DNA of 64,000 nucleotides from Ruditapes philippinarum (Eukaryota): NCBI RefSeq assembly GCF_026571515.1, contig NW_026859735.1, positions 186,001 to 250,000 of the forward strand, read 5' to 3'. Shown piece by piece: positions 53,101 to 64,000 of this stretch (position 1 is its first letter; each line of letters starts with the position of its first letter). The notes under the pieces were generated by a model. It saw only the letters and a program-made list of their open reading frames with translations, ran no database searches and was not told where the DNA came from. The position numbers and the translations under genes were made by a program.

Positions 53101-56100
53101 CACTCAGTAAATTTCTCAAATACATTTGATGACTAAGGTTGTCTGTCAAATGTTTGTGTAATAAGATTTTGTTAGGGTGAGGGGGATATTAGGTCGGACC
53201 ACCACTGTCAAGGTCTTATGGCGACTTTCAAGCTTTACTGGCGGAGGAGGCCTCAGGTGCCCCTTCAAGGCTTATTTCAGGCACAGTTGGGCACCTGAAC
53301 TATTGAAGTTTCATAAGCTTACTGGATAGCTTTCTCACAGGAAAAGATCCAAAGTCTATGGCAGGATTTTAACCCACAGCATTGAAGGGAAGTACTTTGA
53401 TGTCATAGACCTTTAAACCACTTGGCCATGGATACCCCTAGCTTTTATATTTAAACTTCATGTGTAAACAATTTTGATCACTGTTTCAGTGGCCAAAATT
53501 AGCATTAGCAAGTCAACAAAAATAAACTAGTTAGTTTTCTCATGGGGTATTGAAAATAACAGAGAAATAGTTTATAGTGAAAATTGGTTACTGACATATC
53601 TTGCTTGTAAATTTTAATCTGATATTTTTAGCGATATAGACTGGTCCCCATTCGATGTAAACGTTATAGCATCATGCTCAGTGGATGCTTACACGCTGCT
53701 GTGGGATGTCAGGGACACAAAGAGACCAAGTGCTTCTTTTCAAAGTGTTTGTAAGTAAATGTATGACACTTCTTCTTTAAGTTTGAAATAAAATTAATAT
53801 TTGGAGTATGATTATTGCTCGCAGTATTCTTGCTACATTAGTTGGCCAGTGCTTATGTATTTCTATTAGCACTTTTTCTATCGACAACCAGTGACAACCA
53901 GTGACGGATGGTCTTCAATTCCTTTAATAAAAAAAAACCTTAAAAGGTCAAGAAATTATAGTTCACTAATATACCAGTGATTTTTCACCTTAAATAACAA
54001 AGGCCTCTTAAAAAAAAACCTCTTCCCAATGGAATTTTTCTGTAAAATCATGCAGTTTTCCCAAAGATTTGAACTAACACCTGTTATTTTACTTCCCAAA
54101 ATTAGCAATTTTAGCAACAATTCAAAACAAAATCAAAAGACTCAGGCCTCTTCCCAATTAAGCGAGAAAGACATATCTACATATCTTGTGAAAATGATGA
54201 TGGGTTTACCAATATTTTAGGCAGGAAAATTGTTAGTGTACTACTATTTTATAAATCACTTATGTTGTATAACAGGTGGAGCCACACAGGTGAAATGGAA
54301 CAAAGTGACCAACAATCTGTTTGCTACTGCCCATGAGGGTGATGTCAGGATCTGGGATCCTAGGGTCAGTTTTACTTCATTTGTACCTCTTGAATTTTAT
54401 GATAATGTTCAGATAGTTTGAAGGCTTTATTTGGTAATATTGTTGTTACTATACAGTATTGTGTGAAAAAAACTTGTAAAACATTTTATGAAGGTTTAAA
54501 CAATGATTCAGTGATAAAAGTAGTCATACATACAATGAAGATTAATGGTGTAAAAACTTAAAGAAAGAACTTATGAAGGTGCAGACTTTTGATTGGATAT
54601 TGCCTTGATGACAAATTTTTTGACTATTAAAAGAATAGGGAGAGCTATTGTACTCACCCAGGCATTCGTGTCACACTTTGGTTAAGTTTTTGCATGCAAC
54701 TTTGTATCTGTGAAACTATGAAAGGAAATGGGTTAAAAACTTCACACACCCAAGGCCTATAATTCTAACATGGATTTTGGCAGAATTATGGCCTTTTTTG
54801 AACTTAGAAATTCCTATATTATCAAGGCTCTTGTTTTTAACTGCCCAGAAAATAGTGAAGCATGCTAACCTATTGACAGCTCTTATCAAGCTAATTTTCT
54901 TTTTCGATTATAGATTAATTTTAAAATGTTTGTACACCTTTTTATTGAAAACAGCATAATTTTTGCTGTAAAATCTACCATAATAAAATCTATACCCATA
55001 CTGCAAAATTTTGTAAGATTTGGATTTTTGTAAAGGAGAGACTATATACTTGCTCTGGTGTAAGTTTCAGATTTGAACCAAAATTTTGCTGAAATGGCCC
55101 TCAGCTCTTAAGCGATATAAGTAACAGTGTTAACACCTATCATCTGGCAGCAACAGATTCTACCCATGCGAACAGTGCAGGCCGATATGTTTGTCAAACT
55201 CAGTTGATACATATTATGAAATTTTCCTTTAAATAATGAAAAGTCTTGTGTTTGAAAGATGGATGGTTAATCAGTTATACATATATATTTTTCTTGTACT
55301 TACAGAAGCCTAATACAGCTGTGTTATACCTAACTGCACATTTATCCAAAATTCATGGTTTAGACTGGAGCCCTTCTAATGAGCATATATTTGCTTCCGC
55401 TAGTCAAGATTGTACTGTGAAGGTAGGATATCCATATTTTATTGTACATTGTTCCTCTAATTATGTCATTATTAACTGTTGTACATATTATCTCTTAGCC
55501 TGCTGGTGGCCACATTTACCAATAGGACCAGGGCAGACCAAGATCATTAAGCATATCTATGCCATCTGATCAGTCTGCACTGAGTTTTATTATTTGGCCA
55601 ATACGTACATGTATTTAAAAAATTTCACTAAAAGTGATTAATGGTTTTGTTCAGCTTGAAAGATGGACAAGTACATCAAAAATATGAAGTGAAAAACAAT
55701 ATAAACAAGAATGATATTATTTTGATTAAAAGCAATTAACTGATGTATGTTTCAGATTTATATGTTTATAACCCAGTTAAAAATAGCCTGAAGAAAACAG
55801 TGTTATTGATATGTCAGATGTGGTATTAATTACTGGAAGTGATTTGTATTTCTTATACATGTATTTTAGTTCTGGGATTGTTCCAATACAAGACAAGATA
55901 AAGGCATGTTGAAATCCGGCTCTCCGGTTTGGCGTGCACGATTCACAGTAAGTTAATATATCAGTATTACCAAGTTTCCCCTTTCTTTTCCCAGCTACAT
56001 TTATTTAGGTATTTGAACCACCAAGTTTGAAATTGAATGAATGGCATGTTTTTGGGGAATGTTCAGATATATATTACATCTTATTATCTCTTATCTTAGC

Positions 56101-59100
56101 TGAATGTATTAATATTAATGAGTTGAATAGGAAATCCCAAATTTTAACATTTGAGCCGTGTCATGACAAAACCAACATAATGGGTTTGGGACCAGCATGG
56201 ATCCAGACCAGCCTGCGCATGCGCGCAGTCTGATCAGGATCCATGCTGTTCGCTTACCAACTCTATTACAAGTAGAGAAACTGATAGCGAACACCATGTA
56301 TCCTGATCAGACTGCGCGATCCTGATCCATGCTAGTCGCAAACCCATTATGTTGGTTTTGTCGTGACACGGCTGATTTCATTTTAAAATGTTAAATATTG
56401 CTTATGCCAGTGCCAGGGATACGTACCAGCACTAAATCACTACTGTCCATGAACAAACTCAATCAAACCAAGCCTGCAACATTTTCAATTTTGCCATATT
56501 CGGCGTTCTTTGCAGATTTTTTTTCTCAATATCTTAGTCTAAGCTTGATGACAAATATTCATTATTGTTATCTAAAATATTGTAATTTTGTTGTCCATGG
56601 CTAAATTAGGAAAATCTTTGAGTCTAAATGTAACACGTCTGAATCTCATTGTGGACAATGAATTCTTTTATGAGAATAAGCTATTCAGTTAGTGGTGGTT
56701 CTACTCGGGTACCAGTTTGTGATTTAGAAATGCACAAGGTATTTGCACAGATCTTCATCCATCAGTAAAGCTGGAAAGTTGTCTTAAACTCTTATGACCA
56801 TGACAGAGTTGGTGTGACATTAAATCCAGTTAAAAAAAAATGAATGCTTGAAAAAAAAAACCCTCTCAAGTTGTGTTGTATCCTTTAAGTATTAATCGTT
56901 TATTGTTATTTTGTTGGTTCTACTCAGGTGACTGGTCATGCCTGAAATAATGCATGGAATGGCGCCTGAGGTCTTCCTCCAGTGAAGTTGGAATGTTGCC
57001 ATATGACCTATACTTTGACAGTGTGACAAAAAAAACATTAAGAAATAAACAAATCTATTCTTATTTCCTATTTATTATTTTATCAATTTTTCAACTATTA
57101 AACTAGACATACTTGGTATATTTGTAGCCTTTTGGAGATGGCTTAGTGACGGCAGTGATGTCTACGTTAAGACGAGGAGAAAACAGTTTGTTTTTGTGGA
57201 ACAACTCTAATCTCGAGCAACCGGCCCATCAGTTTATAGGCCATAGTGATGTTGTCCTGGAATTCTACTGGAGGAAGAAAGACGAATGTAAGATGTTTTA
57301 CTGTTATTTGCAAATGATCCTTTCATATTAGCGCTGTGTATTGCATTTATTTTGGATTTTTTTGTGTTTTTTTTTTTTTTCAAATCTCAGTAATGATCAA
57401 TTTAAACAGACCTTATTGTAGTTTGATTGTATAGAAAGCTATAAGTTAATAGATACATTTTTAGCTCGACTTTTCTATGAAAAGGGGAGCTATCCTACTC
57501 GCCCCGGCGTCGGCGTCGGCGTCACACCTTGGTTAAGTTTTTCGTACCACCCCACTTTATTTCAGAAGTATTACAAGTATGGCTTTGAAACTTACCATAC
57601 TTGTTCACCATCATAACCTCCATCTACAGACAAGAGTACATAACTCTGTCAAGGTTTTTGACAGAATTATGGCCCTTTTTTGACTTAGAAAGTGTATTGA
57701 GCTTGGTTAAGTTTTTTGTACCACCTCACTTTATTTCAAAACCATTGGAGGTATTGCTTTGAAACTGACCATACTTGTTTACCATCACGACCTTCATCAA
57801 CAGACAAGAGGACATAACTCTGTCAAGGTTTTTGACAGAATTATGCCCCTTTTTGACTTAGAAAATACATTGAATATGGGTAAAATCCACTTATTGCCTT
57901 AACCCTTTGAGATATTGCTTTGAAACTTTTAATGCTATTTCACATCATTACCCCCATCTGTACGCAAGAGAAGGTAACTCTGTCAAGGATTTGTTTTAAA
58001 AATTAAGGCCTTTTATCGACTTAGAATCTTGTTAAGTTTTTAGTACCAGTCCACTTTTTGACTGAACTGTTTGAGATATTAATTTGAAAGTGTGAATACT
58101 TGTTTACAATCATGATTCCCAAACATGTCCAGGAGAAGGTAATTCTGTCAAAGATTTTATTTGAATTATGGCCCTTAACTGTCAATGTTTTGTATTATAG
58201 GCAAGCACTAAAAAACTTAAAAAATCTAAAAAAATTCATTCCTATCCACTGAACCTGCAGTGTTCAAGGGTATCACACAATTCAGTAAAATAATTCTTCA
58301 CTAAATATCTTAATGCTCATGGCCATTGTTCACTTTAAAAATACAGAGATTCTTGTATTGCCTTTTACTGCAAAAACTTTTTTTATTGGCAAGCAATAAA
58401 AAAGTCGAGCGCGCTGTCTTACGGACAGCTCTTGTTAAAACAGTTCCTGGAAACCAACCAGTAATAAGTAATGAGTGTAAAGTTTCTTGTTAAAAGAAGC
58501 AACAGCATGCTCCTGAAAGGATTTTAACCCTCTTAGATTTCTAGTCAATCGCGCAAGACACTTGTTCACTATGTCACATTTTTAATAAGTGCTGGGGTAT
58601 TGCAATGAAAGGAGCCATATTTGAATAAAATAGTAAACACATTTATTGATACATTGTCCATATCGTCAACAAGGTGGTAAAAAAAGGTTATTTTCATTTT
58701 CAGCGACTAGAGATTATCAACTTGTGACATGGTCAAAGGATCAGACTCTGAAGATATGGAAGGTGGACCCGCAGCTACAGAGGGTATACTTTTTTCTTTA
58801 AAAAAAAAATGAGCTCACCTCACAAATGAAATACATGTATGACAGTTAAAAATGATATCCCTTCTTTCCAATGATAATATCATTACATAAAGAGGCTTTA
58901 AGGTCCTTTCTATATTATTAATTCCTGTCCTTATTGGCTTGGGCCGTAGTGCCAAATTGAACAATTTTTTTACTCATAAAATTAGAGAAGATAAAGCCAT
59001 CAAAATGTTAATTTTCATAATTATTAAAGAGTTGATTCAGAAATTATATTGAATGAGAAGTTGGTCATTAGCAGAGAAATTGGTTAATATCCATGAAATT

Positions 59101-62100
59101 CGGACTGCCCGCCAAGATATGACCAGACATGTGTTAAAATCGATGTTATAAACAAATCCTAACACAACAGTATATATGATATTGATACAAATGGAATAAA
59201 AAAATTTTACATGTTATTAAAAAAAAAAATGTCAGCTTAATCTCCCAGCATCAATGATGAATTAAAGGCGAATATGAGGTGAACTCCAGTGTATCTGTCG
59301 AGGTAACTGATGTTAACTCTAGATCACTGTAGAGATCATCTCTGAATATTCTATAATTATTGTCTGAGATGTATACATAACAATATATGAACCAATATTT
59401 GCATTTTGCTATGCTTTGACATGGTCTGTACAAATCACAGTGTGTTATCCCTCTTGAGATGAACCTGTATATACTATTTTTCCAAAAATGAAGTCACAGG
59501 ATTCCCATTTACTGCATATATATTTAATTTGACTGTTGTTGCAGCTTTTTTTTTGACTGTTTCTAAATTAATTATTTTAGCTTACGGAACGTCGGTGGTT
59601 CTACTCAGGTACCCGTTCGTGCCTGAAATAATGCACGGAAGGGCACGTCGCGATATGACCTATACTGTGTCGATGTGACGTAAAACCCAAAACAAACAAA
59701 AAATGAATTATTTGCATTTTGGCAGACCCATTACCAAAATGGTTGAGAGAAAAAACAACATGCATTACAACTTTTTCATTATAAACAGATTGGCAGTCCA
59801 TATCATCAGTTGAAATGTTGTTAAAATCAGTTGCATTTTCAGCTTGTAGATTAAAATATCCCCCTTGACCCTTGGCAAAATTGGCTGTTTTCGTTGGCAC
59901 ATCTGTTGTCTCAGATAAAAATGGAAACCCTGAGTATTGAAATAAAGCTCCCCTACTCAAGAGCAAAACCAACATATGTCTGAGTATATACAACTGACAT
60001 TAAATAAGAGACTCGCATATAGATTAGTTGAATGTTTTTTTGGTAGCAATGTAGAGTTCTCTATCCTAGTGATGGAAGTTTGTATATTCTTTTGAATTCC
60101 TGATACCAATATGATTCTCTCTAAAGTCGTGTGTAGCTATAAAAGGTCCAAGAAAATATGGGATGTTTTGTAATTACCATTAATACGTGTGACTATGCTT
60201 TATTAGGTATCATCCTATAATAAACTTAAACAAATAACAGTGACAAAAATTTTAACTTCATATGTTTTCATTTAATGTGATTGTACAGGTATGCAAAAAA
60301 GTAAAATTGTTATTTATTTTTTTCCAGATGTGTGGCCATGAGACGCTAGATTCCTCAGAAAATGAGTCATCAACCCATGATTCTTCAGAAACCATCAAAG
60401 AAAATGGCCACTCCCACACGCATCCAGAAATCAATGGTGCTAAAAATAGCAACCAATCAGAAAGTTTTTCTCATCAGCAGCCAATGACATTGTATCAAGA
60501 GTTCTCAATGGTCAATCAGCACATTCCCAATGTTACCATTGATAAGGTAAGATTTGGAAAAAATACTAGCTATGTGACTTGTTATAAATAAATTTTCATT
60601 AGAGGAGCTCCACTTAGGTCCAAAAGCCTAAAAGCATAGACTCTGAATATGTAACAAAGACCAACTTGGTTAGTAAGAATGGAAAATATGGAAAAGGTTA
60701 TCAAAGAAATATGCTCGAAATTAAATAGAAAATTGAAATCAGGGCAATTTTTAGCCTGGTGTCATGCGCATTTTATTTTTGTGCATAATATGCTCTAAAT
60801 GAAATAGAAAATTGAAACTAGGACAATTCGAACGTATCTTTGAAGTCATTGTGCACAATAAAATTGATAATTCTGGAGGAGCCAACATCGGAAAGTATAA
60901 AAATCTTTAAAAATGGTTTCCAGTCTTGTCATGTGAAAATACTTAAGTGGAGTCCCTTTAAAGTCTTTGAACATTTTGCATGACGCAAGAAAATTTTGGT
61001 TAATCAACAGTCAAATATGTTACCAAGTCTTGCATGTCTCATTTAATCAATTATTACATGTAATACTTAAAAAAGATTTCACATGTCTGTTTTCATATTT
61101 CATATATCTGTTTTCATATTTCAGCTAACTGTTTTATATTTCGAATAACCGTGTTATATTTCACATAACTGCTTTATTTTAGATGGATGGATCTCAACGG
61201 TTGTGCTCAGTCTCTGTTAGTTCCGGAAAACATATAATAAACTTGACGATACATTTCCCGGCAAACTATCCTCATGTTTCCGCTCCGAATTTTGAAATTC
61301 ATTCCCCAACCAATGTCGGATTAGGCATTGTAAAGAAACTTTATAAGGTGAGTGGTTTTGATTTATTTGATACAGTTTACTAAATTAATTGAATGATCCG
61401 TGGCCTTATGGTTTTTGTCTTTTCTGTTGTCAGTCTATGGTTCTTAGATCTTTATTCTGTGAGTCACAGCTTTCGTACTTTGAAACTACATGTCAGTGAA
61501 GAAGTGATTTGTGTTCACCTTGACCTTGAATGACAAAGGTCAGAACTTTGAAATTCATGCAATTTCACCATAATTACATATTTTATTAACAGATAAAATA
61601 CTTTGACTGTAACATACAAGTGGAGGCTAGGTTCATGAGACTTAATATTATGTGAAAATGACCTTCACCCCTAAATTGGCCCCTACTGTAAATTACCTTG
61701 TTCTACAAGTGTCGGGGGGGGTTTTAAAATTTTTTGACAATTTCACCATAATTACATATTTTATTTAAGAGATCAAATACTTTGATACAACATACAAGTT
61801 GACGCTAGGGTCATAAGACATATTTAAAATTGACCTTGACCCCTAAATTACCTTGTTCTATAAGGGTCAGGTTTTTTTTTTTGAATTTAGACAATTTCAC
61901 CACAGCTTTATTAGTTATCATATTAGCAGATTTGGAAGGGAGATAATTGCACTTTAGAAAAAAAACCTTCAGACTGAAGATGTACATGCTTTTAGAAGAG
62001 AAATATGTTCTTGCAGTTTTACATCATATGTTGTTGGAGTCTGCCAAGTTATTTATACTTATTCATTATGATTAGAAACATTGTGTAGAAATATATTAGT

Positions 62101-62633
62101 TCTGTTATGAAATATATTGTTTTTGATTTTTTATCTTCAGGTATTAAATGAAACATCACAGACGAACATAAAAAGGAATCTGAATTGCCTGGAGCCATGT
62201 ATACGACAGTTTGCCACACATTTTGAAAACATGACGGTAAGTAACTTTCTGTGCTGTAGGGTTGATTGATCAGATAAAGAAAGTTGCTCTTTCAACAAGC
62301 AGTTTTAAGTCTGATTTGCACTCTTTTATTGCACAAATTGTAAAATTGCTGACTTTGTAGAATGAACTTACCTGTCTTTGAATTTGGCATTGTCCATTCC
62401 ATTGTCTATCTTACTATTGTAAAAAGATTTTTGCTCAAATGTTAGGCCACAATAATCACAAAACAACCACTCTCTATTACAGTTGGAGGAAAGGAAGACA
62501 CCAGACTCGGACACATTTGCACCGACAACCAATAAACTCCAACAGTCATTTATGCAACAACTGCCATTCGCAGCATTTCAAGATTACTCCATTCCTTTTC
62601 CTAGGACATGCGGCGCTCAGTTTAATTCTGCAG
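50199..62633 (+). CDS. WDR59: GATOR2 complex protein WDR59 (WD40 propeller, RWD domain); 14 exons visible, gene continues past the window
   Basis: Exons 50199-50249, 51527-51576, 52230-52365, 52934-53019, 53632-53750, 54276-54364, 55306-55422, 55870-55947, 57128-57287, 58704-58783, 60328-60546, 61183-61347, 62141-62236 and 62483-62633, all GT-AG and in phase. The peptides MAVDCLG, RQSKWDI..IQWNPH, AHLSKIHGLDW, GHSDVVLEF.WRK, DYQLVTWSKDQTL, CLEPCIRQ and IPFPRTCGA match WDR59. Confidence 0.96.
50670..51260. mobile_element. Fold-back MITE remnant in WDR59 intron 1
   Basis: About 85-bp inverted repeat: GTTACTGCCACTTTTTTGAGAATTATTTCCCC...AATATGTT (about 50838-50920) versus about 51177-51259. Confidence 0.6.
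53190..53438 (-). mobile_element. tRNA-derived SINE family B (WDR59 intron 4)
   Basis: Aligns with 38800-39066 (ATGGCGACTTT..AGCTTTACTGG, AGGTGCCCC, AACCACTTGGCCATGG). Confidence 0.75.
54615..54890 (+). mobile_element. Short degenerate HINE related to those at 57458 and 63121
   Basis: GAGAGCTATTGTACTCACCC, TTGGTTAAGTTTTT, AGAATTATGGCC..ACTTAGAA and a 3' GACAGCTCTT. Confidence 0.6.
56153..56374. mobile_element. Palindromic MITE, same family as 12500-12733
   Basis: Same arms (CATGACAAAACCAACATAATGGGTTTG) and a perfect 4-bp TSD ATTT on both sides. Confidence 0.85.
56690..57055 (+). mobile_element. Two tandem 3' fragments of SINE family B
   Basis: GGTGGTTCTACTC(G/A)GGT...GAAAT..TGCA...GCTGGAAAGTTG..ATGACC occurs twice (about 56693 and 56915). 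Confidence 0.6.
57458..58436 (+). mobile_element. Complete non-autonomous Helentron (HINE/pearl-like) in WDR59 intron 9
   Basis: 5' TTTTTAGCTCGACTTTT, a (CGGCGT)n microsatellite, and about four ~165-180 bp units. It has a 3' subterminal inverted repeat AAAAGTCGAGC, a hairpin GCTGTC-ttacg-GACAGC and the end CTTGTT. Confidence 0.85.
58440..58575 (-). mobile_element. Degenerate SINE family A fragment
   Basis: GTTCCTGGAAACCAACCAGTA is the reverse complement of the family A core. Confidence 0.45.
59575..59702 (+). mobile_element. 3' fragment of SINE family B
   Basis: CGTCGGTGGTTCTACTCAGGTACCCGTTCGTGCCTGAAATAATGCACGG...ATGACCTATACTGTGTCG..AAACAAACAAA. Confidence 0.7.
60602..60957. mobile_element. 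Kolobok-type MITE, degenerate
   Basis: The right end AAGTGGAGTCCCT|TTAA matches the 26858 family terminus; the left end GAGGAGCTCCACTTAGG is imperfect. Confidence 0.55.
61500..61905. repeat. Degenerate ~170-180-bp tandem units (HINE-like remnant)
   Basis: CAATTTCACCATAATTACATATTTTATT...AACATACAAGT...TGACCTT.ACCCCTAAATT is repeated about 2.3 times. Confidence 0.6.
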
Positions 62634-63120
62634 GTATGGTATTTTTAGAAAAATCTTCAAGCCTTAGGAGTTAATAGGAGTTAATGTGATCCCATCTCAG
62701 TACATGAGAAGAAACGTTAGCCTTTACTATGCTAAGTATCTTAAATGGACTTGTCCATCTTTCATTATGGACTAGATCATTCATCATATGAAGGGAAAAT
62801 TTTGAGTATGTAGTGACTGAGTGACATTTGCTCAGCACAGTTGGGAAAACTTTATCCAAGCTTCAGCTAAGTTGTTTAATCTCCTGAATTTGTGTTACGG
62901 ACTTGTCCTGTTTTGAATTAAGATTGAGCAGCCTGTTGCATAGCATCTTGTCAGATGCCAATGTGCTTAACAATGAGCTTAACATGACACTGATTGATTT
63001 AGCGAGTTATTACAGCTTGTAGCTCCTTTAAGTTAGTAAGTAAGTAATGGCTTTATTTAATGAGTCTAGCATATTCGGTTTCCCGATCTTCCATGTGGGC
63101 CTCACTTAAATACGAAAAGA

Positions 63121-64000
63121 TTTTTAGCTCGACTATTCGAAGAATATGAGAGCTATTGTAGTCGCCCCGAGTCGGCGTCCGCGTCCGCGTCGGCGTCTGC
63201 GTTGGTTAAAGTTTTTTGTAAAGTCAAATATCTCAATTATTACTTGAGATATTCAATTGAAACTTACAATACTTATTTATAGTAACAAGGTACATCAGAT
63301 TGACAAGTTGGATAACTCTGCCTACAATATTGACAGAATTATGCCCCTTTTTAACTTAGAAATTTTGGTTAAAGTTTTTTGTAAAGTCAAATATCTCAAT
63401 TATTACTTGAGATATTCAATTGAAACTTACAATACTTATTTATAGTAACAATGTACATCAGATTGACAAGTTGGATAACTCTGCCTACAATATTGACAGA
63501 ATTATGCCCCTTTTTAACTTAGAAATTTTGGTTAAAGTTTTTTGTAAAGTCAAATATCTCAATTATTGCTTGATATATTCAATTGAAACTTACAATACCT
63601 ATTTATAGTAACAAGGTACATCAGATTGACAAGTTGGATAACTCTGCCTACAATATTGACAGAATTATGCCCCTTTTTAACTTAGAAATTTTGGTTAAAG
63701 TTTTTTGTAAAGTCAAATATCTCAATTATTGCTTGAGATATTCAATTGAAACTTACAATACTTATTTATAGTAACAAGGTACATCAGATTGACAAGTTGG
63801 ATAACTCTGCCTACAATATTGACAGAATTATGCCCCTTTGGAACTTAGAAATTTTGGTTAAAGTTTTTTTGTAAAGTCAAATATCTCAATTATTGCTTGA
63901 GATATTCAATTGAAATTTAAAATACTTTTTTATAGTAACAATGTACATCAGTTTGCAAAATTGCATAACTCTGCCTGCAATATTTGCAGAATTATTTGCC
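63121..64000 (+). mobile_element. Non-autonomous Helentron (HINE) with a homogeneous 163-bp tandem array; runs off the window
   Basis: 5' TTTTTAGCTCGACTATTCGAAGAATA..GAGCTA and a (GCGTCC/GCGTCG)n microsatellite, followed by about five near-identical 163-bp units (period from the ORF starts 63257, 63420, 63583). Confidence 0.88.

Noticed and set aside
63257-63771. Three near-identical 62-aa ORFs as a tandem gene family
   Set aside because: They are by-products of the 163-bp array in a HINE inside a WDR59 intron and start at TTG.

Overview
AT-rich eukaryotic genomic DNA with GT-AG spliceosomal introns. It is most likely from a bivalve mollusc, possibly a venerid clam; this is inferred from the repeat types (Helentron-derived elements with ~160-180 bp arrays, tRNA-SINEs, Kolobok and IS3EU MITEs) and from the B-box/NHL TRIM genes. 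Protein genes, in order: (1) a small ORF with an R-S-E ADP-ribosyltransferase (toxin-like) signature (4615-5301, -), whose N-terminus is frameshifted by an exact 16-bp duplication; (2) and (3) a divergent pair of paralogous TRIM/B-box-coiled coil-NHL genes (18316-20256 -, 27873-31844 +); (4) an intronless class A GPCR (33904-34839 +); (5) a two-exon KRIT1/CCM1 orthologue (47232-49871 -); and (6) WDR59 of the GATOR2 complex, head-to-head with KRIT1, with 14 exons visible from 50199 and running off the window end. The rest is non-autonomous transposons, SINEs and two large minisatellites (23 bp and 27 bp units). The most unusual item is the ART-like gene, which carries a basic patch and an NES-like tail. 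It could be a nucleic-acid-modifying defence effector functionally comparable to clam CARP-1 or bacterial polymorphic-toxin ARTs. All family assignments come from motif recognition by eye; no database searches were run.
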